A stretch of 63,816 bases of DNA, filler included, from Rozella allomycis CSF55 (lineage: Eukaryota), in the NCBI GenBank assembly GCA_000442015.1. It is 6 parts of 6 records of this genome, joined end to end, with 100 filler letters (N's around TTAATTAATTAA, not from the genome) between each part and the next. Parts side by side here need not be neighbours in the genome. Positions count along the whole stretch, not along the records: positions 38,661 to 46,983 come from KE561093.1; positions 47,084 to 56,081 come from KE561094.1; 4 more parts are not named here. One strand, 5' to 3'. Within the stretch, counting starts at the first letter, position 1, and the number at the start of each line of letters is the position of its first letter. The position numbers and the translations under genes were made by a program. The notes beneath the pieces were generated by a model. It was not told the origin of the DNA and ran no database searches. It was given only the letters and a program-made list of their open reading frames with translations. Of this stretch, positions 39,256 to 52,726 are shown piece by piece.

Positions 39256-41186
39256 ATGAGTCGTGACGCAGACTCGCGGAATGGCGAGACTCCAGATAAA
39301 ATTGACTTTCAACAAAAGAGACAAGCCATTTCACAATTATTATCACAGCGTTTCGGGAAGCCAAGATCAGAAACAGACCAAACTGAATATGAATCACAAT
39401 ATGACCAAGAAGGAAGCATTGGTACACCTTCTTCTACTGCTAACAGCATTCAAGTGCAACTTAGACCAAAAGTATTGACAAGAAGGCCGGCGCAAACATA
39501 TTCCATTGCCACAGAGACTTCCGCAACTTTAGAAGCGGAAACGCCAGCATCGTTAATGTCATGTAGCAAATCAGTTAAAAATGTGCCTTATCATGTTACC
39601 GAACCTAAAACCGGATTTGTGAAGAGTTTCAGAACTACTTTTACGAAATGGTTTAAAAAGAATAGCAAAATACATCCCGTTGAATCAGACGAATCCCCAA
39701 CCCTTACAAAAAATATTGTTTATACATCACCTCATACATTACCATCTGCATCAAAAAACAGGTTTTATCGGCCAACGACAAACAAATTTTCCAATATACC
39801 TACATTCAAATTACCTGACGCTGTTGTTGACTTTCAAAGACCAGTCATTCGTGAGTTATCACCTGAGGAATCTAAAATGCTTAAAAAGAGGTTCGAAGTA
39901 TCTTCAGAGTTACTTTCTACCGAGGAAACCTACATAACGGACATGAAAAATGTGTTGGATGTAAAATGAACTGTCTTATTTAAATAGTTAATACTTAATC
40001 CAATGGTGGAAAAGAAAATGGTTCCATTCCACTTTAAGAGTTCTTTGATAAGTTATCTTGAGCAGATTATTCCTATCAATGAGGTAAGTTTTATAGGAAT
40101 TTTTGATAGTATTTTTGCTCTCAATTAAAAGCAAACTTTTCGCCTAATGGGATTAAAAATGCAGGACAAGTTTTTCTATCCATAGTAAAGATTTTAAAGC
40201 TTAAATTTTAAGGCTGATTTTTTCAAAGTTTATAAGATCTACATTGGGAGTCAACCTGATTCATTAAAGCAATTACATTCATTGATGGAAAAAAATGAAA
40301 ATCTTTCGTGCCATGTTAGGAACATGAAAAATATGCCACAATTTCGTGGATTGGAATTAGAAAGTTATCTTTTGAAACCAATTCAAAGGCTTTGTAAATA
40401 TCCCTTATTTTTAAAAGTAATGTTTTAAGATTTATATGAAAGGAACTCATGAGTTGCACTGAAGATGGGGCAGAGCGGGGACTACTTTCCAAGGCATTGA
40501 ATAAGTTTGAGTCCATAGTTGGAGCTATTAATGAAGGAGCAAAACATGCCCAAATATTAAGAAGAACAGTTTCAGCTCTTTCCAAAATTAAATTTAGAGA
40601 CGTAAATACTAATTGTCACACTTACATTAGCCAATAGACCTCTTGATTCCAACAAGGACTCTTTTATTAGAGTCTCAATTTAAATTTGCCTTGGATGACG
40701 GAAAGTTTCTTAATAGACACATTTTCTTGTTTAATGATATTCTAATTGTTACAAAATTAGCTTTGTTGAATAAAGGGAAGTTCCAATGTCTAGCGGTGCA
40801 TCCATTGTCTGGTCTTTTTGTATGTGAAATGTCAAGTTTAACTTGTAGAGTGATTTTTTGTTTGAAACTTAGATAATCATTTTGAATTACTATTGTTAAC
40901 ATACACCGGACAAAAATATAGAATTTGCACAAAAGACAAGGATAAAAGAGACCTTTGGTTTAAAACTTTGTCAACTGAATCAGAGAAAGCACATTCAAAG
41001 CCAATGAGTACGAGGGAACAGATGCTTCTAGAAGCTATAAATGTAATCAAACTATAGATGCTTACATGATAGGGAATTCATAGTGTAGCTGGAAGTGATG
41101 ATAATGATAATGATATTGATGATCCATTCTATTCTTTTGATAGCAAAAATTATTCTATAGAATGGTCTGATCAAGATGATCCCTAG
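39256..41186 (+). CDS. RhoGEF (DH-PH), 7 introns
   Basis: ELLSTEETYITDM, LESYLLKPIQRLCKYPLILKEL, HIFLFNDILIV. Confidence 0.9.
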
Positions 41187-41330
41187 AAATTTATAGACGA
41201 ATGTACGCGTCAAAATTCATTCTTGCATTTATAAACATATACAACTGTAATAAATTAATTATTTTATTTTGCGTCGCTTTTAACGTTTTGTTTCATCTAA
41301 TGATGGTTGCTATCCACATCGGAGACTTCA

Positions 41331-44300
41331 ATGGCCACAATCAAGTATTGGAAAAAGGCTAAAAGTTTGGTTATAAACTCTAAAAAATCTGAAAACTCTA
41401 CTCTACATTCCTATGAGGGTATATTTTTAACGCGGGTTCAATTTTAGAAGAATTAATAAAGCAACTAACCACCCAAACCAAGAAAGAAAATATAAATTCA
41501 AGTTTAGATCCAGAACTTCAAGAATTTGAAACTTCTCTCTCGGAAGTGAAAGAAATGGTTTCAAGTGTCTGGAACTTGCTTTCCTTGGAGGGTAAAATTG
41601 ATGTCATGACATTGTTTAGAAAGAGAATACGAACTAGCTAAACAGAAACTGGCTAGTCTTGAAAATCTTTCTAATTCTTCAACGAGAAGAGGGAGTGAGA
41701 TGCGTTTGGCCATGAAAAGAAGACAAAGTGCCCAAGAGCCAAAAAGAGCCCCAGTGGTACTAGCGGATGTTGGTAGCTATAGCACACCATTGCTTGATAA
41801 GGTGGACGAAGTGAAAGTAGATCCCGAAAACTCTGAAGTTATCAATAAAATACCAAATATTAGTGATCAAAACAGTAACATGTGGATTTATGTATAATCA
41901 AGTTTTGAGTGAATCAGATAACGTTGTGATAACTAACAACCAGGAAGAATCAGAAGTGGAAAAAATCGGATCACAAAATACCATAGATCAAAGCGATGCT
42001 GAGGTTTTCCAAGGTGAAAAAGACCGTGTTTTAAGCGATGACAATGTTGTGATTGAAGCCGAGCCTGATAGTGAGACCATTTTACCGAACATGGAATTAC
42101 ATGATCTAAAGAATTTGAAAATTGAAGAAATGGATGAACTAGAAGATGAGTTTGAAGAAGAATATGGAAAAGTCCTTGAGCTCGAACAGGAGATTTCTCC
42201 GGCAGCTTTGGTGAGACTGAGTCAGGAAAATGACCTGTTTACTCCTTTGGAAATAAAAGATTGCCCCATTCCAGAGCCACTGTTTGAAAAGATAGAGGAA
42301 TATAAAAAATGCAGCCATGAAAGCCTTTCAGACAAAATTTCATTGCGTAAAATATATCTAATATATTGATTTAGTCTACGATCTTGTAAAATTTGAAGAT
42401 AATAGAGGAATAAGAAAAAGTGAATTCGCCGCCTTTCTCAAAAGTGCCATTCAAGTAATAATACGCAAATTATTCTAATAGTGCTATGAGCAGAATTCAA
42501 GACAGTTTCCAATAAATATAACAAACGTAAATTCATTTGTGCAGGATTTGTTCAATGAACACAAAANATTTGTTCAATGAAAACAAAATTGTTCATTTAA
42601 TGGAATTATCTGATTTTGAAAATATTCTAAAATCCAATCAAACGCTGTATAATGTCTGCGATGAAGTTTTTGAAGAGCTGAACATGGACTGGGAAAAGGA
42701 TGTTCATGTTTGGGATGAAATTTGGTTCATGGAAGAGACTGTAACAAAAGACAACAATGGGGAAGTCAGTACTGCATCTATCAATAGAATGGTTGAGGTT
42801 TTGGCACCGCCATCATTTTCCGATAGCGATCGGAATAGAAGAAGGACGGAATCATCTGGTAATTCCTACAAGCTCAAAAATACATCCACGATTGAAAGGA
42901 AAATGGGAATAAATGAGAATCCCAACCAGACTGAAGAAAAGCTATCCCCTATACAGAAAATAGCCGATAAACTAGAACGGTTTAAGGTCGTCTTCTTTTT
43001 TACATACAAGCATTTTACTACAGCTGAAGTCATCTTAAAGAAACTATTTCAAAGATTTGAAGTTCCGAGTTTTGTGGATACCAATATTGGCTTTAACATT
43101 CAAAATAAGGTTGTGGAGAATATTCGATACTGGCTTCACGCCCATCCTAAAGACTTCACTAATCAAATGCTTCGAGATTTAGAAGACTTTACAACAAAAA
43201 ATATGAATAGTCCACTATCGTCTTTGGCCTTGAAAAATACTTCGGCCATTTTTGAGAGTGACGATGAAGAAGAAAAGGAATCGGGTATTAACGTAAGAAT
43301 TACATTAGAATATAAAAGGACAATATAAACGAGTATGTACAGAAAATGAAGCATGAACTACACTTGAGCCCGTATGAGTCATATGTGAACACATACTTCT
43401 TAACCTTTTCAGGTAAGTTTAATAACTGCTTATAATTTGGCACTGAACTATTTCTTTGGGTGATTAGAAGAGTTCCAGGGTACAAAAATCCTCGAAAAGC
43501 ATTATCATTTTGTCAACATTTGCTATCTTCCCAATTAATTGCAAAAATAAATGGGCAAATGGAATTTTCTCCACTTCAGACCGATATTTATCAAATTAAA
43601 GTAAGTCATGCAACAAGTATAAATAGGTTGATGAAAAGGATACTCTTTTGACATTAAATATGATTTTGTGCGAGTTGAATATCTATTCGTCTTATTTGGC
43701 CACAGTGGAAGACGATTCAAAGAGTCCAATTTTGTTTTTAAAAGATGTACATGATTTCAAGGGTATTAATGACGTGAAAACAAGGGGGGAAGAAGCCAAC
43801 ACTATTTATGAGAAATATTTAACTAAAACATCAAAGTTTAAGATCAATGTGGACGAAAAGATTCTCAAAGGAATTGAATGTAATTATTTTTATTATATGC
43901 AAAAAGCGTTGGTAAAGCAAAGCGTAGCCGATCCTGCATTGTTTGATGAAGCTCGAAATAAGATATACTATGAACTAATGAACGGATCCTACGCACAATT
44001 TATGATTACTAAACAATTCAAGGATTTGTCTGTTTGGTATTTGAAGAAAATGACTGGCTATTCAATCAGGTTACCTTGCTCGCGAAATGTGAATTCAAAA
44101 AACTACCCTGATCCTATTGTAAGTGCATTCTTAAAACTATGACAGCTTCCAAAAGGATTTCATGAAATTACAAAATTAAATAAAAATATGACACTGAAAG
44201 TGAATAGAGAATTGGCGCCCGGGGTTCAGTTTATTGACATTGATGATGTTGAGCTAGCAAGGCAAATGGCTATAATAGCTTTTGATCTTTTTGTTAAAAT

Positions 44301-45133
44301 ACAAGTAAATATGCCATGTTTTTGTGAGTAGCGTTCCGAGTTACTTCATCAAGCTTGGAGCAAACCAAAATTACAGCACGAAGCGCCAAATTTAATGGCT
44401 TTCATTAATAGATTCAACAGCGAATCAGCGTTTCTGGCTGTATCCATCCTTTCTAACACCAGAGTCAAAGCTAGAGCAAAGGTTATGGATAAATTTATCA
44501 GGATTGCATATGTAATCAAACACGTTGTGCTTCATTATAGCAAAGCAAGGTCTTAAGAAACTACAGTACGGCATTTGCTTTATTGTCAGCATTAAATTCT
44601 GCTTCTGTCAATAGGCTAAAACACACAAAGAATCTTTTGCCAAAACCTACTTTACAGGTATTTAAATTGCTTTTTGTTCATAGATGCTAAATGNAATTGC
44701 TTTTTATTCATAGATGCTAAATGAACTAGAAAGTTTCTTTATTAGCAATAATAATTACAAAACTCTTAGGGACGCCTTGGCGAATTCAGATAATCAGCCC
44801 ACTATCCCCAGCATGGCAATTTATCTTCAAGATTTAACATTTATTGAGGACGGAAATCCTTCCAAAGTCAAAGACCTAATAAATTTTGAACAGAAAAGGC
44901 AAATGGCAAATGTCCTCTCAACTATTCTTTCCTTTCAAGGTAAACTGGCGATTCAAAGTATAGTAAAGAGCTTTCATATAACTTTATAAAAATAATACCT
45001 CTTAACAACCTTCTGCAAAGACTTCCTGTTGCGAATGAAAACCAGTTATATCAAATGTCTTTGGTATTAATTTTCTTTATTCAATAAATAGGCATGTGAG
45101 CCAAGAGGTGCAGACCCCTCCAGCATTTTGTAA
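41331..45133 (+). CDS. RasGEF with REM, DEP, RGS and CDC25 domains
   Basis: REM (FFFTYKHFTTAEVILKKLFQRF...IRYWL), DEP (TFSGTELFLWV...FCQHLLSSQLI), RGS (ILFLKDVHDFK...IYEKYL...INVD...LFDEA), CDC25 (ELARQMA, NNYKTLR, PTIPSMAIYLQDLTFIEDGNP). Intron 43413-43439 appears to be GT-TG. Confidence 0.88.
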
Positions 45134-45242
45134 TTATTAACACTCAATAAATTTTGAAGTGATCATTTTTATGAATGAATAAACTTTATTTGCGAATTTA
45201 CTAATTCTTTTTGTTTGTTTACACGTTTGAACCCTGGTCGAA

Positions 45243-46983
45243 ATGGATAGCGAAGCATCTGATATTTCAAGCGAAACAGTGTCAAATAGTAGATAAATAT
45301 ATTTGCTAATAATTTAGAATTGGAAGGTTTAGATTTGACTGATCAAGAAGAGCTAGAAGAGCTCAAAAGAGAATCCAGTTCTTTAGTGGGCCAGATTAAA
45401 ACCTGCAAGAATTATATATATAGTACAGAGAAAAGAATTGCTAAACTGAAAAAGAAGATAGATGAAGGTTCGCAATATTCGAGTACATCGAGACTAAAGG
45501 CAAAACAAAAGGAAAACGATGCTCAATTACAGAAAGAGTATACAAAACTCTTGTTCCTGAACGAAGATTTGACTCGACTGTCCGATGAATTTGCAAAGAT
45601 AAACCAAAAGATTTCTCAGAGTTATGGTAAATTGGCTGTTAGCAAGTTTGTACCTGTTTCGTCGGCAAGACTACATCTCATTATAAATGTCGCTACTTTA
45701 TTTTTAACGAAGCTTTCCGAAAATAGTGAGTTTACTGAAGGAGTTGAAGTGAAAAGGCTACGGCAACTTTGTAGAAGATCACTCGTACTCGCGAAATTTG
45801 GTGGCGTCAATGTGTTATTGTATTATTATTTAAGACAACCTATAAATAAAGACATTATCTCTGCCTTGAATATAAAAGTACCTGAAGGTACTGGAATGTG
45901 TGATTGGTCCCTACCCAATGTTGATGCCAGGATAGACTTGAATTTGTTCCATGCCCTTACTGAATATGACGATACATCTTCGAATTCCTTGGACATAAAG
46001 AAATCTGTTTTAACAACTTCAGTTTTAAAAGCATGTGAGATAGAAGGAGATCGATTATACACACAAATAGTGGCCTGCGTTTGCAAATTCAGATTTACGA
46101 AATTTACGAAACCAGAAGAGCCATTCCGGTGTTTTTGGGGGAAAATAGTTGAAATTGTTCTTGGCAGACCGGATTTCAGTTTTTACGGGCCAGAATGGAA
46201 GACTCGAAACTTGGGACAAAATTTCAGTCATCAATACGTTGACATCACAGTTATGTTTAACTGTGAAGATTTCAAAATTCCATTTTTCTTTGCGGAAGTC
46301 GCCGCTCAACCCTGCCAACCAGATGAAGATCCGAAAGATTTTTCAAAGCTTTTTGCGACTGCTATTTCTGCATTGAGTGTACAAATGGGAGTCTTTAGAT
46401 ACATGAAAGAGCTATCAGATATGCTGGAAATACCGATAGTATTTTTTTCTGGCCCCACCGTTCAATTCGGACGAGTTAGAGCGAAAAAGATTGACGAAGA
46501 TTGGATATTTTTGTGTGAAGCAATGCCTGAATGGAGAGTGAATTTATTCGGACCGGAAAATAGATGGAACTTGGACTTGACAAGGGTAAATTTGGAAGTA
46601 CCAGACGAAGATTTAGAAGCGCATAGGAGACAAGAAGAAATCAAACTTGCTAATGAAGATGATGATGCCGAGAATGCAGAGGTGTTTGAAAGTGTTTGTG
46701 AATCGTTTGAAAATTTTGAGTACTCTCGGTTGCAACCTCAATTAGAGAAGGTTTACCAATATTTATTGAGCATTCGCGCTAAATGGGACCTTTTTTTGCA
46801 GAAATATGTAGAATTGAGAAAGACAAGAAAATTGGGGGACAAATACGAAAGGTTCTTTCGCCAGTTGCCTGAAGTACCCTCATCCAGAAACTCTCATTCT
46901 GAGGACACACCGATGAAGAAGCAAACGACTTTGAAAAGCTTTGACGTCAAGGGTGATGTTTTGAAAATGCTTAAACTCTTGCC
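45243..46983 (+). CDS. Lineage-specific protein: coiled coil plus possible PD-(D/E)XK-like domain; truncated at linker
   Basis: One 5' intron then a long exon; YVDITV...PFFFAEVA...KDFSKL pattern. Confidence 0.6.
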
Positions 46984-47083
46984 NNNNNNNNNNNNNNNNN
47001 NNNNNNNNNNNNNNNNNNNNNNNNNNNTTAATTAATTAANNNNNNNNNNNNNNNNNNNNNNNNNNNNNNNNNNNNNNNNNNNN

Positions 47084-48324
47084 ATGTAGCGGATAATTCC
47101 AACTTGATACTGGCATGTTCAGAGTTCTTGAATACTTTATTAGAGGAAATGGTTAGATATGAAGACGTATTTCTTCTGTTTCAATCCTTTGAATCAAATC
47201 CCTCGTTTATTGATTCTTTGATCAACAAAATTTCTAAATTTGCAAGTTCCAATCAATTGAAAGAAAAAGATGCGTGTTTGTCGATAATATTTAATATTTT
47301 CAAAAAGAGGAAGCCTTGGGCCATTCTGGCTAAACCAAAACCTAATGAACAGGCAAAGTCACTTCCTATAGAATCCATTCAGAAAGCAATTAGAAGAAAT
47401 CTCTTAAGACACTTGCAAACCATTTCTGTCGTTATTAAAGATAGCAGCAAAGAGAAAATTGACAACGGAAGGTTCTCCATTGGACGATTAATGCTCGTGG
47501 ATGTTTTTTATCAATCAATACGCGATGAAAATGTTTTAATGGCTGATGCTTTGGACAAAATTGACGACCAAGTTTGGCGCCATTTCACTAATTGGTTCTT
47601 TGAATTCCCGTAACAATTTAATGGCTAGATTATTCTTTAGTGAACATAATCAATATCATCAATTATTCTACAAAATCATTTTAATCATTTTAAAGTGCAA
47701 TCATTCTTATACTCTAAAGTGTTTATTTAAAAAGAATAAGCTAATTTCCAAATTAATTGAGGTAATTCAATCCCCCCAACCCAAGGGAAGCAGGGGTCAC
47801 TGTTTGCTCATTTTAAACTCTATAAGATTACACGCAGAACTCCAACCGACCTCTGATTACACTTACATTACCTTGAATTCTCACAACCTCTATGTTTCGT
47901 TTAAACCAACTCTTTTAAAATTAACAGAGCAACAACTCGCGACATTAAGACCTTCAAGCGATAAAAATAAATCAATTACTCCATTTGTGACCCCTGCTTC
48001 TCCAACTAAGAAATTGGAAGATTTTAATGAGAAAGGTTTCATTAACGGTGTAAATATTGGTTCCACATGTAAGTTTAATTTGTGATTTAAATAGACGCTG
48101 CATTGTTAGGATTTTATCCTGATACCTCTCAAAATGCTGAAGCATCGCCTCGAAGGATGTCTCTGCCATCCCTCGCATTGGAAATGGCTCTTTCTCCTGC
48201 AACACCATCTACTGATGCAAGTTTTAATTTCCCTTCAAAGAAAAAGAAAAGGTCAAGGAAAAGCAAAAGAAATACTATATCTCACGTCGATGTTTCAATA
48301 GACGGGAAACTCACCGCTCAATAA
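47084..48324 (+). CDS. SAPS / PP6 regulatory subunit-like protein, 3' part
   Basis: GRLMLV, WFFEFPEHNQYHQLFYKII and GSRGHCLLILNSI resemble SAPS motifs FFxYPWNNxLH and GYMGHLxxI. Confidence 0.55.
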
Positions 48325-48369
48325 ACTTTATTATAACTGTAGACAATATAATTAGTTTATTATAACTTT

Positions 48370-48552
48370 TTATTTATTAATTGACGATATTTCACCCATG
48401 TTTGGAAGCTCCTTTGAGATCTGCTTTAGCCATTCACTGTCAATCTCTACTTGCAATGCTTCTCCGAGTTTTGGAGTTTGGATGTTAGATGTAGGAAATG
48501 AATTTGATAATGAAAGAATGACAGCGGTAATATAAAAGAGCGTATTCTTCAT
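48370..48552 (-). CDS. Possible small secreted peptide
   Basis: 60-aa ORF with signal-like N-terminus MKNTLFYITAVILSLSNSFP. Confidence 0.4.
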   Translation of the reverse strand: MKNTLFYITAVILSLSNSFPTSNIQTPKLGEALQVEIDSEWLKQISKELPNMGEISSINK

Positions 48553-48728
48553 AAGATTTGTTTACTTTTTCTAGGGACTAGGGTCAAGATCGGGTATTAT
48601 CTTTGACTTTGATCATTATGATAGTCAAAGACTCAAAAATAATGAAAAGCACTTTAGCGAAAGAGATTTGTAAAAGAAAACAAAATCGTAATCAGATCAA
48701 TTAAGCAAGGGTACATTCTGCATTCGAC

Positions 48729-49659
48729 ATGTCTAAAATATTGGTAGTTGTTGGTGCCACTGGCTCTCAAGGTGGTTCTGTAGTACGACATTTATGTAAT
48801 AACCATGCTTTTCGCATACGTGCATTGACCCGCAACGCGAATAGCGACAAGGCAAAGACACTGAAAGCTCTAGCACCGAATAACATTGATTTGGTTGAAT
48901 GTGATTTATGGGATAATTCCAAATTGGTTTCTGCATTTAAGGGGGCACATTCTGCCTTTGTTGTTACCAATTTTTGGGACCCAAGTGTAGGAACACGTGA
49001 AGAAGAACTTGGAAAGCGTATCGCAGATGTTGCGAAATCTGAAAACGTTAGGCATCTTATTTGGAGGTAAATGGGTAACAGAAGTTATTTAGTTCTTTGG
49101 ATAATGTTGCTAAAATAACGAACAACACGATACATGTTCCACATTTTACCTTGAAGAACAAGGTAGAAGAGTATATCAAGTCCATTAATGTACCAGCGAC
49201 TTTTGTGTATGCTGGATTCTATCTGCAGAATTTTGAATCCTTTTTCATCCCAAGAAATGCTGGCGATCATTTCGAAGTCCGATTGCCGTTGACTGCAAAC
49301 AAAAAGGTTCCATTTTTTGATGTTCAAGATACTGGAGTATTTGTACGCAAGGTTTTAGAAAGTGGTGATTCTTATCTAAATAAAAGAGTAAATATGGCTA
49401 CCTTTGCAACACCTGAAGAAGTCGTAAAGGCTATTGCAAAAAGTAAATTGATCAATATTAGCTCATAGAAACTAATAAGGATGTCAGATATGTAAAATGT
49501 ACTTATGATGAGTTTCCTGTAAAGGGTGAAATATTAGACATGTTGAGATACATTGAAGAATATGGCTATTTTCCTGAGACTTTCAAGGAACAAAGTAAAG
49601 AATTTGAAGCCGCTACTTCTGTGCAAAAATGGATTGAGAAGGCTTCCTTAACATTTTAA
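48729..49659 (+). CDS. NmrA-like NAD(P)-binding protein, 2 introns
   Basis: VVGATGSQGGSVV, IRALTRN, AFVVTNFWD, VPHFTLK. Confidence 0.92.
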
Positions 49660-49766
49660 TTGAATAAATCTTCCTTTGAAATGTATGATAATTGATCACT
49701 TTATTTAAACCCACCTGTCGGCCCTGAGGAAAATTCACGCGCCTATTTACAGATTGTGGCAAGGTC

Positions 49767-51185
49767 ATGATTAATGATTGGGAGAGAACAATTCACGTCT
49801 TTGAGCCATTTATTGAGCATCCTCTTTCAAAGACCTTAAGAAGAGTCCTAAGATATTCAATCAAAAGTGTTGGTATAATTGCGATCTTATTTTTCTCGTA
49901 CGTTGCAATATTCGCAATTACTGCAGTTGCACGCTTCTTCTACTGTCAATATCACGGTTCAATTTATGAGTTATCTTATTTCGATGTTTGGCTAATCTCT
50001 GAAATATTTTTTGCATTGATTCAACATCTCAAATATCGCACGTTTCGAAATATCGGTGCGAGTCATCTTCCAGTTGTCGACAATGTCTACTATGAGAAAA
50101 TTTTGAAAGAATGGACCGGTGATACAGATTTTGACCTTAAAGGATTTTTGAGCGGATGGTTTTTTAATGCAGATTTTAACTCCATCACAATCGAAGATCT
50201 GGAAGAATGGCTGTCTGCTACATTATTCAACAAAAGAATTTCAGAGCTTGAACTTACAGAAAAGGGCAATATTGACAGTTTGCGCAGAGCCATCGAAGAA
50301 AAGGAAAATCATATATTTCCTAAAAGAAAAAATCAAACGAAGTTAAGAAAGATTCTCTTGACCTTAGACAGTATCCGAATACAGCACCGACCAATTATAT
50401 ATTATGCCTTTATAAAGTTGTTCCATTTTGGATGCAAAGTGATCCTCTCAATTCTCGGATTCAATTCACACACAAATCATACATTACCGTATTATTCACG
50501 ACTTGGAAATGACAAGGAACCAGCGTTGATATTTTTTCATGGCCTTGGAATTGGACTTTCCACATACATCCCTTTGGTGGCCGGTCTAGTTGTGAACTAT
50601 CCCAATAGAAATATCATTCTATTTGAAATGCCTTCAATCAGTATGCAACTTGATGACAATCATGTCCTTCCCCAAGAATACGCAAGTCATGTTGCTGAAT
50701 GCCTCATTGGATTCGGTTTGAAGAAAAATATTGTTGCAGGGCATAGCATGGGAACAGCATGTGTTAGGTGGTTAGATCTATATTATCCCGAACTAGTCTA
50801 TGGAAGAATATTTTTGGACCCGATCTGTTTCTCTTTATGGACCCATCACATAGCATACAATGCATTGTACAGAGAACCCTCCAACTTTCACGAAGCGTTT
50901 ATTAGATACGTAGGAATGAGCGAAGCTGGAATTGCTACATACCTTCACAGATATTTTGTTTGGTTCCAGAATACATACTTTACTGATGAATTACCGGAAA
51001 GATCTGTTATATACCTATCAGAAAAGGATGATATAATCGATACCCCGATGATATTAAGATATTTGAAAAAGAATTGGAATCCATCTCGTAAAATTGTTCT
51101 AGTCAAGGCTTTTCATCACGGGCAGATAGTAGCTTCCCCGGAATTGATAAAAATTATTTCGGACATTGACGATTTATCAAAGTAA
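49767..51185 (+). CDS. Membrane-anchored alpha/beta hydrolase
   Basis: N-terminal TMs, IFFHGLGIG, GHSMGT nucleophile elbow, FLDPICF, HHGQ; intronless. Confidence 0.85.
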   Translation: MINDWERTIHVFEPFIEHPLSKTLRRVLRYSIKSVGIIAILFFSYVAIFAITAVARFFYCQYHGSIYELSYFDVWLISEIFFALIQHLKYRTFRNIGASHLPVVDNVYYEKILKEWTGDTDFDLKGFLSGWFFNADFNSITIEDLEEWLSATLFNKRISELELTEKGNIDSLRRAIEEKENHIFPKRKNQTKLRKILLTLDSIRIQHRPIIYYAFIKLFHFGCKVILSILGFNSHTNHTLPYYSRLGNDKEPALIFFHGLGIGLSTYIPLVAGLVVNYPNRNIILFEMPSISMQLDDNHVLPQEYASHVAECLIGFGLKKNIVAGHSMGTACVRWLDLYYPELVYGRIFLDPICFSLWTHHIAYNALYREPSNFHEAFIRYVGMSEAGIATYLHRYFVWFQNTYFTDELPERSVIYLSEKDDIIDTPMILRYLKKNWNPSRKIVLVKAFHHGQIVASPELIKIISDIDDLSK

Positions 51186-51243
51186 AACTTCAAAAAATAA
51201 AATTGATTTTTGTTTATATGATGATTGTTTACTATTGTCATCC

Positions 51244-52555
51244 ATGGCAAGGTCCACGGAAAATTTGTTATCGCTGGATCAAATTGTTCAATTACCAGAG
51301 ATTGATGACTGGAGCACGAATAAACATAAAAGAAATATCGTTAAAGCAAACAGTGGGCTAAACAATCGTGAAAAACAGTCAAATATACCAATTTCATTGC
51401 AAATATATGAAAGCAGGCTTTTCTATGGCTACTGGAAATCCATTGAATCCGAGATAATTGAAGGAAATCTTATTTACAAATCCGTAACAATCATTATTCG
51501 ATTTTATAAAGACTGATGATGTTACAAAGAAAAGACACGTCATTGATATTTCCCAATGCCACATATATAGAGATTGGGCTGATTACAAAGGTAAATTGGT
51601 ACTTTTTCTGGCAAAGGGTATGACACATTTATCATCCAGGTTGATAAATGCAAGTACCATTTTCGTGTTTTGAAAAGGGAATCAAAAGAATGGGTACAGA
51701 AAATTAAGGATGCTTCGTTAAGCTTTCGAAACACGCTGATTGAAAAGGTATTAAATTCTATTCATACTTAGAATAGCTTTCATTCGGACCATGTTCACCT
51801 AACTTTTCGGGTGAAGTAAATTATTTATTATTCACAAATTAGGTTTTGTATGCCAATTGGGTTCTACAATGTAAAATCGAACAAGAATTCATTTCTGCAT
51901 ATTGTTTAATAACGGATCAGCATGTCATGCTATTTACAAGTATCCCTTTAACGAAAAACGAAATCAATAATTATTATGCAAGATATGAGTTAATTGAGAT
52001 ATCATATTCAAAATTAAATGGAGCTGATGTTGATATTCGTTTAAATCATTCATTGGTAATCGCTCAGCGTTCAAATACCGTGGCATTAGTTTTCGGTAAA
52101 TAATATAGGCTTTAGGTATTTAGATGACGACGAAGAACTGCAAGCATACCTGGAAAGTTTAAAAAGAGCGCAAGAGATTGCTTGGAAAAAGCAAATGTCA
52201 ATAATTTATGACACTGTTTCAAGCGATTCTAAGGAGTTATTTTCATTTGAAATAGATTTAAATTATGGAATAAAACTTTTGAATAGCAGAAATTCTGTAA
52301 TTGAATTAGTAAAACTAATACTAGTCAATAGTATGGGGGTATGCCTTCAATCAAATCAGATCTTTTGGAGTAGAAGACCATTTTCTTGTTTTTGACTTTG
52401 GACACTATGATCGGCACAATTCAAATCAATCTTCAAGTCAAAATAAGGCCAAGAAAAACAATATTGTGAAATTGAAACTTGCAAATGCAGAAACGGTGCT
52501 TGGTGTGTTTCAAGCGTTACGAAATGCAATTTCAACAGGAATCAGCAGCCATTAA
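51244..52555 (+). CDS. PH-domain-containing protein, 6 introns
   Basis: LFYGYWKSI...IEGNLIYK...HVIDI...TFIIQVDKCKYHFRV...EWVQKIKDA. Confidence 0.55.
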
Positions 52556-52726
52556 AATATTAATATAAATATTGTTTTTAGAATGTAATTCTTTCAGAAA
52601 ATTGTATTCCAAAATGAACTAAGAAAGAATTTTAAATTGGCGCTATTTAAGCCCGCTTCCTCGATGAAGACATGAGTGAGAATATTCACGAATTATAATT
52701 CCAATAATTGCTGATTAATGATAACT

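Noticed and set aside
52660-52716. Possible box C/D snoRNA (ATGAAGA...CTGA)
   Set aside because: Imperfect C box and no convincing rRNA complementarity identifiable by eye.
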